From IMG/VR virus record IMGVR_UViG_3300027833_000013, positions 64,001 to 128,000 of that record: DNA of 64,000 bases; one strand, given 5' to 3'. The stretch's first letter is position 1; each line of letters begins with the position of its first letter. A model generated the notes under the pieces. It was not told the origin of the DNA. It ran no database searches and worked only from the letters and a program-made list of their open reading frames with translations. A program made the translations under genes and the position numbers. Below, one piece after another: positions 1 through 9,123 of this stretch. Source of the stretch: a virus.

Positions 1-375
1 TTGAAATACAGTTTCTACTAGCACTAATATGTTTTGTGCGGCTAAAGGAACTGGACTATCATTATCTCCATTGTTTAACGGACCAAAATCAACTTCGCTT
101 GCATCACCTACACCTAAATTTTGCTGTACAATATTTACAGGCTCTTGTCTTTTTAATTTAGCCCATGTACCGTTTGCATAAGATTCATGCGCCGAAGTTT
201 CTGTATTATATCTAATCATTCCGTTAGCTGGAAACACTGGACGACTTGCAGTATTACCCATAGGAACTACTACTGCTTGTTCGCCACCTAACTGAACAAT
301 TTGATTAATGTCATATTTAACACCAACTGCTTTAATGTTTCTTACGCTTGTACTTTGTGCTTTGATTAATCTCAT
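1..375 (-). CDS. Putative virion structural protein (3'-truncated by window edge; not in ORF track)
   Basis: ATG at 375, open to position 1: MRLIKAQSTSVRNIK...VPMGNTASRPVFPANGMIRY...; the G-x-T-x-x-RP...GMIRY motif is typical of myovirus fibre/structural proteins. Confidence 0.7.
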   Translation of the reverse strand, partial: MRLIKAQSTSVRNIKAVGVKYDINQIVQLGGEQAVVVPMGNTASRPVFPANGMIRYNTETSAHESYANGTWAKLKRQEPVNIVQQNLGVGDASEVDFGPLNNGDNDSPVPLAAQNILVLVETVFQ

Positions 376-378
376 TTG

Positions 379-717
379 TTATACTTCCAAGAAGCTTACT
401 GTTGCGCTCAAGTTAGTAGGAGATTGTGATATCATTACAATTTTGTCACCTGCGTCTAGTACAACCTTTTCACTGTCAAATGTAAACGTTTCGCCGGCAG
501 GTAATGAAAGATCATTAATTACCATGTTGGCATTACCTTTAGCACTTCCGCTTGCTATAAAGTGCATGTCAAACATTGTTTCGCCATGTTCTAAGTGCAG
601 TGGGTTAGTTGCTTCGGTATTACATACCATAATTGTTAGTACTGCATACGTTTTACCTGCGGGTACAAGTAATACATTAGTATCAGTACTTCCTATTGCT
701 GTGCTTGTTATCGCCAT
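379..717 (-). CDS. Hypothetical (likely virion) protein, 112 aa
   Basis: AAGGA RBS, beta-rich sequence, packed in a minus-strand structural operon. Confidence 0.7.
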   Translation of the reverse strand: MAITSTAIGSTDTNVLLVPAGKTYAVLTIMVCNTEATNPLHLEHGETMFDMHFIASGSAKGNANMVINDLSLPAGETFTFDSEKVVLDAGDKIVMISQSPTNLSATVSFLEV

Positions 718-729
718 TTCGTTTCCTTT

Positions 730-1689
730 TTAAAACAACATACTCAATAAAAGAGCATTCTGTCTACTTATTATTTCACCTTCTTTAGAAGCACTGTGTT
801 TGAAAAACAATCCAGTACCACCTGATGCAGGTGCTTTTACGTATACTTTAAGACCATCTGTCGGGATTGCTGGATCAGAGCTTTGTAACGTTAATGTGAA
901 GTTATCTTTAACTACAACTCCGCCAGTGCCTTGTGATTCTAAAATTAAATCAGTGTCAGATGCAGTAGTTGATATAATATTATCTTGGAATCTAAAGTCT
1001 TCAAACTCAACTCTATTTCCAAAAATTTGACCTTTAGGAATATTATCAATTTGGAAAGTAACTACACTAGGTGCACCACTTACTTCTGTATCTCTAACTT
1101 CTACATATGATTTACTAGCAGAACCTTCTTCTATTCTTCTTTGAAAGGTACTAGTAAGTTGTGTTACAATTGTATCATCAACATATTTTTTGTTAGGAAT
1201 ATCATCATCATCTGTAATTTGTGTTTCATAGTTATTTGTACCAGTAACACTTATTACGCCTGTCCCAGAGTTGATTAAATATAAATTACCGCCGCCAGTT
1301 GATACACTATTAATACGCAGTCCTTGCAAAGTACCTGAAGCATTTACAAAAGTAAATCCTCCAGTTATAGTAGTTTCACTAATTGGATCTACCCATGTAA
1401 CAGTTTCGTCAAATACAAGTTTTGCATCAGGCAAACTGCCTCTGTCTAATTGTATTCCTGATTGAGTAAGTGTAATGCCTGTACCTTGTTCACCTTCATT
1501 AAGTGTAATAATATTATCTTTTAAATTTAAATTTGATGAACTAACTTGCGTTGTGTTACCATTAACTACTAAGTCTCCTGTAATCGTAACAGTGCCTAGT
1601 GCAAGTCCGGTATCTAATGTAATATTACCAGAGGATTGAACTTTAATTTTATAATCACTATTTGGCAAGGCTAAAATTTTAGTAGACAT
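730..1689 (-). CDS. Putative virion structural / fibre-associated protein
   Basis: S/T/G-rich. The ITGDLVVNGNTTQVSSSNLNLKDNIITLN and NKKYVD motifs have counterparts in the fibre protein at 48196-50010. Confidence 0.65.
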   Translation of the reverse strand: MSTKILALPNSDYKIKVQSSGNITLDTGLALGTVTITGDLVVNGNTTQVSSSNLNLKDNIITLNEGEQGTGITLTQSGIQLDRGSLPDAKLVFDETVTWVDPISETTITGGFTFVNASGTLQGLRINSVSTGGGNLYLINSGTGVISVTGTNNYETQITDDDDIPNKKYVDDTIVTQLTSTFQRRIEEGSASKSYVEVRDTEVSGAPSVVTFQIDNIPKGQIFGNRVEFEDFRFQDNIISTTASDTDLILESQGTGGVVVKDNFTLTLQSSDPAIPTDGLKVYVKAPASGGTGLFFKHSASKEGEIISRQNALLLSMLF

Positions 1690-1710
1690 TTATAATTCCT
1701 ATTGTATTTG

Positions 1711-1734
1711 GAGTGGGGAATTTCTCCCCCACTC
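1711..1734. other. GC-rich stem-loop between genes (RNA stability/processing or weak terminator)
   Basis: GAGTGGGG...CCCCACTC 8-bp inverted repeat; no U-tract on the minus strand. Confidence 0.5.
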
Positions 1735-1754
1735 TATAAGTCTTCTTAAGATGC

Positions 1755-2216
1755 TTATGCGTCTTCAGTGAAGTCGTCGTCATCAGTTCCGATTAATGTA
1801 TTTTGGTCGCCAGCTTCTTCAACCTGCGCCGCACCATCGGTAGTACTAGTTGCAAAGTTCCAAGGAACACTCTTGCCATCATAAGCATTACTACCTGTAG
1901 CACTTGGTGCTGACAAAGTAGCTTTGCGTCCAGAAATTTTACTTACTGTGTATGTTTCTGCATCGTCCATTTTGAATGAAATAGCCATCTCACCTGCCGC
2001 TAATGCCGCTGGTAATTTACCAGTTGTTAGCGTACAAGTAAATTCGCCTGCTGTTTCAATTTCTTCGCATACAAATTTCTTTGATGCTTTTTGCTTTACA
2101 ATATAACCTTCTTTAACTGCTGTTCCGTTATGAAAGTTTACTTTGATTTCGTTGCCGCCAGATGTAGGACCTACGCCTGCAACTCCAAACAATCTCTTAT
2201 TTAATGGTCTACCCAT
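1755..2216 (-). CDS. Hypothetical late protein (possible head-associated protein)
   Basis: Strong TAGGAG RBS and an upstream TAAATA late-promoter motif; lies downstream of the capsid gene and tRNA. Confidence 0.65.
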   Translation of the reverse strand: MGRPLNKRLFGVAGVGPTSGGNEIKVNFHNGTAVKEGYIVKQKASKKFVCEEIETAGEFTCTLTTGKLPAALAAGEMAISFKMDDAETYTVSKISGRKATLSAPSATGSNAYDGKSVPWNFATSTTDGAAQVEEAGDQNTLIGTDDDDFTEDA

Positions 2217-2303
2217 TTGTTTCTCCTAAGTTACGTTCTATGTAATACGCAGTGGGTCAATTCTGCATAAGTCCGTATTATACGGCACGATTTACGACAT
2301 AAG

Positions 2304-2309
2304 TATTTA
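2304..2309 (-). promoter_or_regulatory. T4 gp55-type late promoter core (TAAATA)
   Basis: GATAAATACTTAT upstream of the 1755-2216 gene; the same motif precedes most structural transcription units. Confidence 0.6.
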
Positions 2310-2313
2310 TCAG

Positions 2314-2350
2314 AAAAGAGAAAAGGTCCACGCTAGGTGAACCTTTTTTT
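2314..2350 (-). terminator. Rho-independent terminator after tRNA-Gly
   Basis: Minus strand AGGTTCAC-CTAGC-GTGGACCT followed by TTTCTCTTTT. Confidence 0.7.
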
Positions 2351-2353
2351 ATA

Positions 2354-2427
2354 TGGAGCGGGTACGGAGAATCGAACTCCGGTCTAAAGGTTGGAAACCT
2401 TCAGCTCTACCATTAAGCTATACCCGC
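2354..2427 (-). tRNA. trnG: tRNA-Gly (anticodon TCC) with encoded CCA
   Basis: GCGGGTA TA GCTTAATGGTAGAGC T GAAGG TT-TCC-AA CCTTT AGAC CGGAG TTCGATT CTCCG TACCCGC T CCA folds as a complete cloverleaf. Confidence 0.96.
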
Positions 2428-2439
2428 ATAGTTATGTAT

Positions 2440-2468
2440 ATAATAGCACTAATAAAAATGTTTGTCAA
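2440..2468 (-). promoter_or_regulatory. Sigma70-type promoter for tRNA-Gly
   Basis: TTGACA-17 bp-TATTAT, 12 bp upstream of the tRNA. Confidence 0.7.
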
Positions 2469-2490
2469 CCAGTTAACAAAAAAAAGTCAT

Positions 2491-2520
2491 AAAAAAACAG
2501 GACCCGTAGGCCCTGTTTTT
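2491..2520 (-). terminator. Rho-independent terminator after major capsid gene
   Basis: Minus strand CAGGGCC-TACG-GGTCCTG-TTTTTTT (UNCG tetraloop, U7 tail). Confidence 0.85.
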
Positions 2521-2536
2521 AATTTTAAAGCAAAGT

Positions 2537-3709
2537 TTAGCTAAAGCTAACGTTTGCAGATGTAATAGCAACATTTGCTAAGTAATCAGCGGCATTACCC
2601 AAAGATGATGCTGTGTTTGACAACTCAACATAACCATAACGAGTCATAAAGCTAACTACTGGTTCAAATGTGGACGGATCCATTACTACACCACTTGACA
2701 TCAACGGGATGTATGGGCAATAAAATGCTGGAGCATCTGATTCACTTTGACCTTTATAACCAACAAGCGCCATAGCGTTATCGGCTGCATATGTATCTAC
2801 ATATACACGCATTGCGTTATTCAAAGTACCTACAAACTTAGTGTTTGTTGGAGCTTCAAAAGTTCCTTCAGTTGTACGTGCAAAAGCACTTGTTGTAGCA
2901 GACTGTAGGATTGTTAACGCAAATGGGCTAACAACACAATAGTTACCAGCGCCTCTACGTGTACGCTGAGCGATCAAGTTAGCCGCTCTGTTGATTTGAA
3001 CTGCCAATGCGGCATGCTCGTCACCAACAAATGTTGCTGTACCTGATACAGCGGCTTGGTTGTATGTTTGTACAGCCGTGCCACTTAGCGAACGTAAAGA
3101 AGCAATAACTTCTTGGTCAATCTCAGCAGTAATCTCTTGTGCAAGAGCTGCCATGATTTCAGCTTCGACATCAATGCCGTGCTGTGCTTGTGCGTCCTGA
3201 GCTGATTCAAATGTCCAACGAGCGCTCAACTTACGAGTTTTCGCTTCAACAGTCTGTTTCAAGATCTGGATGCTTAGTTTGTTACCAGCAGTACCTTCAG
3301 ACAAGCTAGTTCCTTGTGCTTTACCAGCATCTGAACCGGCTGCATCACCAGAATAACCAACAGCAATTTTGAATGGGCTTAATGCTTCTTCGCCTGCTGT
3401 TGCATCATCTGCTGTGTCCGAATAACGTACACGTAACGTGTGGATCTGACCCACAGGTCCAGTCATTGGCTGTACGCCAACAAGTTCGTTTGCAATGACC
3501 GTAGGCATTACACGACGAATAACTGGTAGGATTACTCTGTTAAGAGTTGCGACATTACCGGCAGTAGTCGAACCAGCGGCTGATGTTTCAGACAAATACT
3601 TGCGTGTATTTTCTAAAGTTGCTGACATTACAGATTTCTTAGTTCCTGTAAGGCCTTCCATCAATGCTGTTTTCGTCTCTTGCCAGCGACTTTCTAATAG
3701 TTCCGACAT
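2537..3709 (-). CDS. gp23: Major capsid protein (T4 gp23-like)
   Basis: Conserved gp23 motifs: GVQPMTGPVGQI, VEAKTRKLSARWT, EITAEID, FYCPYIPL, FMTRYG. Confidence 0.95.
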   Translation of the reverse strand: MSELLESRWQETKTALMEGLTGTKKSVMSATLENTRKYLSETSAAGSTTAGNVATLNRVILPVIRRVMPTVIANELVGVQPMTGPVGQIHTLRVRYSDTADDATAGEEALSPFKIAVGYSGDAAGSDAGKAQGTSLSEGTAGNKLSIQILKQTVEAKTRKLSARWTFESAQDAQAQHGIDVEAEIMAALAQEITAEIDQEVIASLRSLSGTAVQTYNQAAVSGTATFVGDEHAALAVQINRAANLIAQRTRRGAGNYCVVSPFALTILQSATTSAFARTTEGTFEAPTNTKFVGTLNNAMRVYVDTYAADNAMALVGYKGQSESDAPAFYCPYIPLMSSGVVMDPSTFEPVVSFMTRYGYVELSNTASSLGNAADYLANVAITSANVSFS

Positions 3710-3719
3710 AATTATCTCC

Positions 3720-4814
3720 TTAATTTAATCCAGCTAAACGACGGATGTCAACGACATTTTCGTTTTGCTTTTGTCTACTAACGTTAGTTTCTTCTTTGTT
3801 GCCTGTGATTGCTTTGCCTTCTGTAAGCTGTGCCTTCTTCTTTGCTGGACTATTACCTTCAATAACTGTTGGTAGATACTTGCTAAACGCCGACTTTAGT
3901 TTCGGAGTTTGAACAGATTCCAGTAAGTCTGTCATTATTTCACGTTGTGCTTTGCCTAATGGCGCAATCAAATCGTGCATAATTTCTTTACGTTGAACTG
4001 ACTCGTTAATCTGCTTAATTTCAGCTGTCTTAGCTTCTGAAAGCGTTGTAGTCTTTTCAACAATTGTTTTAGCTTCTGATAGTTGACGATTTTTAGTATC
4101 GATAACTTTCATTAACTTAGCTGTTTCACTTTTTTCGTTTAAGTAGCTATTAGCATACTCAGACGCAAACGATTCAAACAACTTACGACCGAAGTCATTC
4201 TGTCTTGCAACTTCAATATCTTCCTTCAGTGTAGCAATCTCTTTATTCAAGTTCTTGCTTACTGTTTCAGATACTAACTTTGCACTCTTTTCAATAAAGT
4301 TAGTTTTAACCTTATTAAAGTGTGTCTTAGCTTCACGTACTAAACGTACTTTCGTTTCAGCTAGGTCTTTCTTATCTTCAGAAAACTCGTTTATTTCTTT
4401 AGCCAGAGCTTCTACTACAAATTCTTCAAGTTGTCCAAACTTAGTTGACATAACTTTCTGATCTTCGTGTAGTTCAGTTACTTCTTTTCCTAGCTGTTGC
4501 ATAACAAAACCTTTCATTAGGTCTGCGTTTTCACGCATCGCTACTGCATATTTTGCTTTTGCTTCTGCTAGTTGTTTGCGGTCTTCTGCAAACTCAGAAA
4601 TCTCTGCATTAAGACGCTCGGAAAGCATAGAATCAATGGATTCAACCATTTGACCCTTGTCATGCTCATACTTTTTAGCAAACTCTTCACGAAGTTCCGC
4701 AGTTACCTGCATCTTATTCGATTTAATTTTGCTATCCCAAGCTTCTTCTATTTGCGCTCTGATATCTTCAGAAACAACATCGTTTTCAAAGAGTGTTTTC
4801 AGTGCATCTATCAT
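3720..4814 (-). CDS. gp22: Prohead core scaffolding protein (gp22-like)
   Basis: Long coiled-coil E/K-rich protein between the protease and capsid genes, as in the T4 gene order. Confidence 0.75.
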   Translation of the reverse strand: MIDALKTLFENDVVSEDIRAQIEEAWDSKIKSNKMQVTAELREEFAKKYEHDKGQMVESIDSMLSERLNAEISEFAEDRKQLAEAKAKYAVAMRENADLMKGFVMQQLGKEVTELHEDQKVMSTKFGQLEEFVVEALAKEINEFSEDKKDLAETKVRLVREAKTHFNKVKTNFIEKSAKLVSETVSKNLNKEIATLKEDIEVARQNDFGRKLFESFASEYANSYLNEKSETAKLMKVIDTKNRQLSEAKTIVEKTTTLSEAKTAEIKQINESVQRKEIMHDLIAPLGKAQREIMTDLLESVQTPKLKSAFSKYLPTVIEGNSPAKKKAQLTEGKAITGNKEETNVSRQKQNENVVDIRRLAGLN

Positions 4815-4830
4815 ACTATTTTCTCCTAGT

Positions 4831-5448
4831 TCACTGGAGTTTGCTAATAATATTTATTAGCGATTCCTTAAGATACTTTTGTGCCTTTACATCGTGCTTT
4901 GTTGCCTGTGCTAATTCATATGCCTTCATTCCCCCACGTGCATTCATTAAATGTTCATAAATTGCTGTAGGATACGCACCAGGGGCACTAGGCTGAGCCA
5001 CAATGTCCACAGTGATTATTTCGAAATCGGTTACATCACCGCTTCCGTTAACTTCACCAGAGCCCCTACTGGAAACGCCAAGTTTAACGCCGTTTTCCAA
5101 CATTGTTTTAACTAGCAATCCCATAGGAGTTGGTAATATCTTCATTTTACCATAACCATTTGCATCTTCCATCCACATTTCTGTAATCATGTGAGATACA
5201 CGGTCAAGGTTAATATTAAGGCCTTCCGGATGATCTACTTCCCCAAGAACACTATATCCTCCAGTAACTTGATCGTTAAGAGTTTTGACAGCCCTACCAA
5301 TTTCATTAACGGGATACACACGCTGGTTAGCATTGCGCACACCGCCTTGAATGCAAATACCTTTCATATATAGGTCTTTGCCTTCATTAGCAGATTCTAC
5401 GACGATTTTCGCCTGGTCGAATGTCAAATGTTCTTGAATTAAGTTCAT
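4831..5448 (-). CDS. gp21: Prohead protease (T4 gp21-like, peptidase S77)
   Basis: NANQRVYP, GEVDHP, LGVSSRGSG and DIVAQPSAPGA motifs. Confidence 0.93.
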   Translation of the reverse strand: MNLIQEHLTFDQAKIVVESANEGKDLYMKGICIQGGVRNANQRVYPVNEIGRAVKTLNDQVTGGYSVLGEVDHPEGLNINLDRVSHMITEMWMEDANGYGKMKILPTPMGLLVKTMLENGVKLGVSSRGSGEVNGSGDVTDFEIITVDIVAQPSAPGAYPTAIYEHLMNARGGMKAYELAQATKHDVKAQKYLKESLINIISKLQ

Positions 5449-5458
5449 CTAGCTTTCC

Positions 5459-6400
5459 TTACTTGCCAATGATCGATTTTTTATCACTAGCTGTTTCGCC
5501 TGCGCCTTTTTTCTCAGCGCCGTGGCCTTTTGACATAGCTTTCATTGCTTTCCCTGCTTTTCCGCCTGGAACGTTTATGTTGCCCATGTTATCTTCTTTA
5601 GCACTTGGGTCAGCTAAGCCGCCTTTTGTACCTTCTGAATTGCTTTCGCCGCCAGCTACTATATTTGCTGATGTGCCATCGCCCATTTTGTTTGCACTTG
5701 CTGTTGGGGATTTAGTGTTTGCACCGTTGTCGCCCATTGTAGCATTTACTTTTTCAACATATTCACGCATTGTTTCAGTTTCTGATTTGTCAGCTTCTTC
5801 GACTTCTTCATCAGTTGCTTCTTCTACGTCAAGATCAAAACTCTCTTCTTCAGGAGCTTCTTCTTCGTCACTGTCGGCTTCGCCTTCAGCATCGTCTGTA
5901 TCGCCTTTTTCGTCATCATCGGAAGCCATATCGGTTCCCATTTCTGCATCAAAAGCCGCTTTTAACTTTTCAATTTCGTCTTGCAAGTCTGCAATGTCGT
6001 CTGCTACGTCACCTTCTGGTGCGTCATCAGCATCATCATCCATGTCCATTGGAGCATCATCGCCTGCTGGCATTTCAAGATCGCCCATCATGTCGTCTAC
6101 TGGATCTGCTTCAACTTCAAACTCGTCTAGGTCAAACCCTTCTTCAAGCTCTTCATCAGACTCATCAACTTCTTCATCTTCGTCTAAATCTTCGTCAGTT
6201 GCTTCGTCAACTTCTTCATCTGTAGTTTCATCAACTTCTTCATCAGTTGCTTCGTCAACTTCTAGATCATCTTCTAAAAGATTCTCATAAATATCTCTGG
6301 ATTTTTCTACTACTATTTCGTGAAATAGTGCTTCCGCTCCAGCGCGGTCTTCGTTAACTAATTTTTCGAGCATTTCCTCGAATTTATTACGGTCTGTCAT
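5459..6400 (-). CDS. Highly acidic prohead core protein (positional analogue of gp67/gp68)
   Basis: Very D/E-rich, tandem DEATDEEV-type repeats, immediately upstream of the protease, own TAAATA at 6453-6458. Confidence 0.6.
   Translation of the reverse strand: MTDRNKFEEMLEKLVNEDRAGAEALFHEIVVEKSRDIYENLLEDDLEVDEATDEEVDETTDEEVDEATDEDLDEDEEVDESDEELEEGFDLDEFEVEADPVDDMMGDLEMPAGDDAPMDMDDDADDAPEGDVADDIADLQDEIEKLKAAFDAEMGTDMASDDDEKGDTDDAEGEADSDEEEAPEEESFDLDVEEATDEEVEEADKSETETMREYVEKVNATMGDNGANTKSPTASANKMGDGTSANIVAGGESNSEGTKGGLADPSAKEDNMGNINVPGGKAGKAMKAMSKGHGAEKKGAGETASDKKSIIGK
6155..6265 (-). repeat. Intragenic ~24-bp tandem repeats (DEATDEEV/DETTDEEV/DEATDEDL)
   Basis: Repeated tcaacttcttcatc and gttgcttcgtcaac units. 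Confidence 0.75.
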
Positions 6401-6500
6401 TTTTTCTTCTCCTAAAATGAAATATATTTACCTACGGGTAGGCTGTCAATTGTATTTACTCATAGTATGAAATATAGGTGTATAATAGGCTCAAAATGAG

Positions 6501-7109
6501 TCATTTTATAATATAGTTTCCTACATTAAATGAGTTAGTAAATTCTTTTACTGTTATATGGGTTAAATTTGCAAAATTGCCAAACGGTTCAGGTATAAAT
6601 GAGTCCTTATCTTCTATTACTCTTATATATCTCTTTTCGGGAGATTTCTGCATTACACTACATGTTTGACGTAACCAGTTGCCGAAATACGTTGCAGTAT
6701 CTTCACTTCTTTTGTAATTTGCAGTACTCGAGTATATGTTATTGACCCTCTTGCCTTCAGGTCCGATGCCTTTATAGTCAAACCCTAAAATATAAATTGT
6801 ATCGTGTGCATGCGAAGCCGCAAGATGTAATGCAGTTGGTCCGCTACTCCAACCTAACCCTGGATTAAAATAGTTAAACCCTCTATAAGATTCAAATGAT
6901 TTATTAAAGTTCGTCCATACCTGGCCTTCATGTTGATAACGATTTTGATTAATTTCATTAATCATTTTAATATCAACAGCTATAAGATAGTCCGGTTTGA
7001 ATTCCCTGTATACTGCATTACAAGCATACATTGTTCCGTATTTTTTTAAGGGTTCTAAAGGTATAGAGGATCGGCTAGTGCCGTTGCCCAATACAAACGC
7101 TACGCTCAA
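6501..7109 (-). CDS. Maf/DUF115 (GT42/GT29-like fold) putative glycosyltransferase
   Basis: AFVLGNGTSR, YACNAVYR, PDYLIAVD, WSSGPTALHLA and IYILGFDY match the GNGPS...N...SG...I.l.GfD pattern of sialyltransferase-like/Maf proteins. Confidence 0.55.
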   Translation of the reverse strand: MSVAFVLGNGTSRSSIPLEPLKKYGTMYACNAVYREFKPDYLIAVDIKMINEINQNRYQHEGQVWTNFNKSFESYRGFNYFNPGLGWSSGPTALHLAASHAHDTIYILGFDYKGIGPEGKRVNNIYSSTANYKRSEDTATYFGNWLRQTCSVMQKSPEKRYIRVIEDKDSFIPEPFGNFANLTHITVKEFTNSFNVGNYIIK

Positions 7110-7112
7110 TTA

Positions 7113-7361
7113 TTATACTCCGCCGGCCTCTGCGTTAGCCGATAGTCCATACATTTGTCTAACAAATAACAATTCTTTCTCTTGTTCTTCAGTATGTAGT
7201 TCTGCGGCTTTCCTTACGCGATTAATCTGACGTAGTGTAAGTCTAGTTTTGCGTGTATCATCAAGATCTACGGGAGAGTCGTCAAGGTCAGCTTCGTAAC
7301 GCTTGTCGTCGACTGGATCAACAGTTTCTTTGTCAAAGTAAAATAGTTCACGTAGTATCAT
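7113..7361 (-). CDS. Small head-cluster protein, 82 aa
   Basis: Directly follows the portal gene; perfect TATAAATA at 7367-7374. Confidence 0.7.
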   Translation of the reverse strand: MILRELFYFDKETVDPVDDKRYEADLDDSPVDLDDTRKTRLTLRQINRVRKAAELHTEEQEKELLFVRQMYGLSANAEAGGV

Positions 7362-7369
7362 ATAGTTAT

Positions 7370-9106
7370 TTATACAGTTGCGCCAGTATCTGCGCCTGCA
7401 TCTCCTGTTGCTGTGTCTGCTGTGTCAATGTCCAGGCCGCCGTCTACTGGCGCTTCATCTGCTGGTGCTTCATCTTCCATACTGCCCATGTCGCCGGCTA
7501 TTCCAGCACCACTAATACCAGCAGTTCTCATTTCGCCTTCTGCGTCAGCAGGTAATGTTTGTAAGTTTTCGTCATTTTCTTCTTTCCACAAACGTTCATT
7601 CTCAGCTACTTCTTCAGCACTTAATCCTAAGAAACGTTGTAATGCAAAACGATTAGAAATATAAGGTATAGCACTCATCTGTGTATATGTAGGTACACGA
7701 GCATTATCAATTTCACTTTGTCTATAGCTTGCAAAGTTTTGTGGTGGTTGAAAACGTAAATCAAACATTGCAGTATCAACATTAATACCTTTTTCAAGTA
7801 TATAACGTTTAAACTCTTGATTTAATTGCTCAACAACTAAGTTTTGTAGTCGTTCGCAATATGTGTTAAAGCGAAGTTCTTGAATATATGCTGTACCTAC
7901 TCTGCCGTCATTGTATTGTGCCGCGCTGTCATCAGCCCCTGTAGGTAGATAGCTGGAAGGAATTCGTAAGCCGCGTACGAGCTTATTAGTAAAATATCTA
8001 AGGTCATCAATTTCTCCAAGGTTAGTACCGCCTGGCAATGTTTCAACTTTTGATCCACGTCCTTCAGCAGTTTGCGGGAAGAAGTAATCTTCGTTCATTG
8101 ATAAAGGATTATAACTACTGTCTATAACATTAGTTCCTCCGCCTGTAGCACTTGGGATTCTGCGTTGGTGAATCTCAGTTTTTACACGCTCGACAAACTG
8201 CATCGCTAAGTGCGATGGCATGTTGCCAACATCAACATAGAACACCCTGCGTTCTGGAGCACGTTGTACTCTGTAGATGATAATAGCATCCTCTAGTAAT
8301 TCTTTTTGCTTGTATACTTTAAACACAGTTTCTAATAAGCTGTTACCAAATGGGTAGTTATTGTCTAATCCTTCTGATAAACTTAAATGTATAACATTAT
8401 CTGAGTCTACTGATAGTTCGCCGTCTTCAGTGCTGAATCTTGATCCAGATGCAGTAGGTGTATTACCTGCCATCCCTCTAACGCTTCCAGTACTGCCTAC
8501 AGCACCGCCGCCGCCATTAATTGTTCCGCTTGTTACATGCGGAGTAGTTGCAACCATATCTTTAAAGTTTAGATTAAAGTTTTTAATAACGTATTGTTCA
8601 GGAGTTTTACCGCTACTTTCGTTTACAATAATTCTACTAACGTTTGCACTATCTACATGAAACAATTTTTTAGTTTCTGGATCTCTTACAAAAAATTGAT
8701 CACCGTACTTAAACACGTTGCGTAATATTCTAAACATACGTGTTTCAAATTTGTTTAATTTGCACCATTGCTGTAAGTATTGTTGAATAATAGTTGTTTC
8801 TGAATTTGTAGATTTCTTTTTGAAGTCAATAGTAAATGGCGTTCTATTTTGTGTGTTTTGCTGTGAGCAAAACTCTGCTAATATGTCAAGGGCCGCATTA
8901 ACTTCTGAATCCATATCCATAGTATTATACTGTCCGTAACGTTCAACTCTATTAGGACTGCCTACATATACATCTGGCAAGTAGGAACTATACTTCGTTG
9001 TGGCAGGTCCGGGAGTAGAACCGTTGCGGCCTCCACCCAACGGCGAATAACTTCCGCCCATGTTGTCGCCTGTTTGTACAGGAGTAAAGTATTTTTTCCA
9101 ACTCAT
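7370..9106 (-). CDS. gp20: Portal protein (T4 gp20-like)
   Basis: LLEDAIIIYRVQRAPERRVFYVDVGNMP, EDYFFP...RGSKVETLPGG, LGEIDDLRYF. Confidence 0.95.
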   Translation of the reverse strand: MSWKKYFTPVQTGDNMGGSYSPLGGGRNGSTPGPATTKYSSYLPDVYVGSPNRVERYGQYNTMDMDSEVNAALDILAEFCSQQNTQNRTPFTIDFKKKSTNSETTIIQQYLQQWCKLNKFETRMFRILRNVFKYGDQFFVRDPETKKLFHVDSANVSRIIVNESSGKTPEQYVIKNFNLNFKDMVATTPHVTSGTINGGGGAVGSTGSVRGMAGNTPTASGSRFSTEDGELSVDSDNVIHLSLSEGLDNNYPFGNSLLETVFKVYKQKELLEDAIIIYRVQRAPERRVFYVDVGNMPSHLAMQFVERVKTEIHQRRIPSATGGGTNVIDSSYNPLSMNEDYFFPQTAEGRGSKVETLPGGTNLGEIDDLRYFTNKLVRGLRIPSSYLPTGADDSAAQYNDGRVGTAYIQELRFNTYCERLQNLVVEQLNQEFKRYILEKGINVDTAMFDLRFQPPQNFASYRQSEIDNARVPTYTQMSAIPYISNRFALQRFLGLSAEEVAENERLWKEENDENLQTLPADAEGEMRTAGISGAGIAGDMGSMEDEAPADEAPVDGGLDIDTADTATGDAGADTGATV

Positions 9107-9123
9107 CGTGTTATTTTCCTTAT

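Noticed and set aside
2353-2544. 63-aa plus-strand ORF
   Set aside because: It is the antisense of tRNA-Gly plus its promoter and the capsid terminator.
6155-6265. Possible CRISPR or TIGR-like array
   Set aside because: The repeats are in-frame coding repeats with no unique spacers; no repeat-spacer array was seen anywhere in the window.
5421-6290. Long Ser-rich plus-strand ORFs (289 aa and 151 aa) and similar antisense ORFs across the window
   Set aside because: Shadow frames of real genes caused by repetitive codons; no RBS or promoter.
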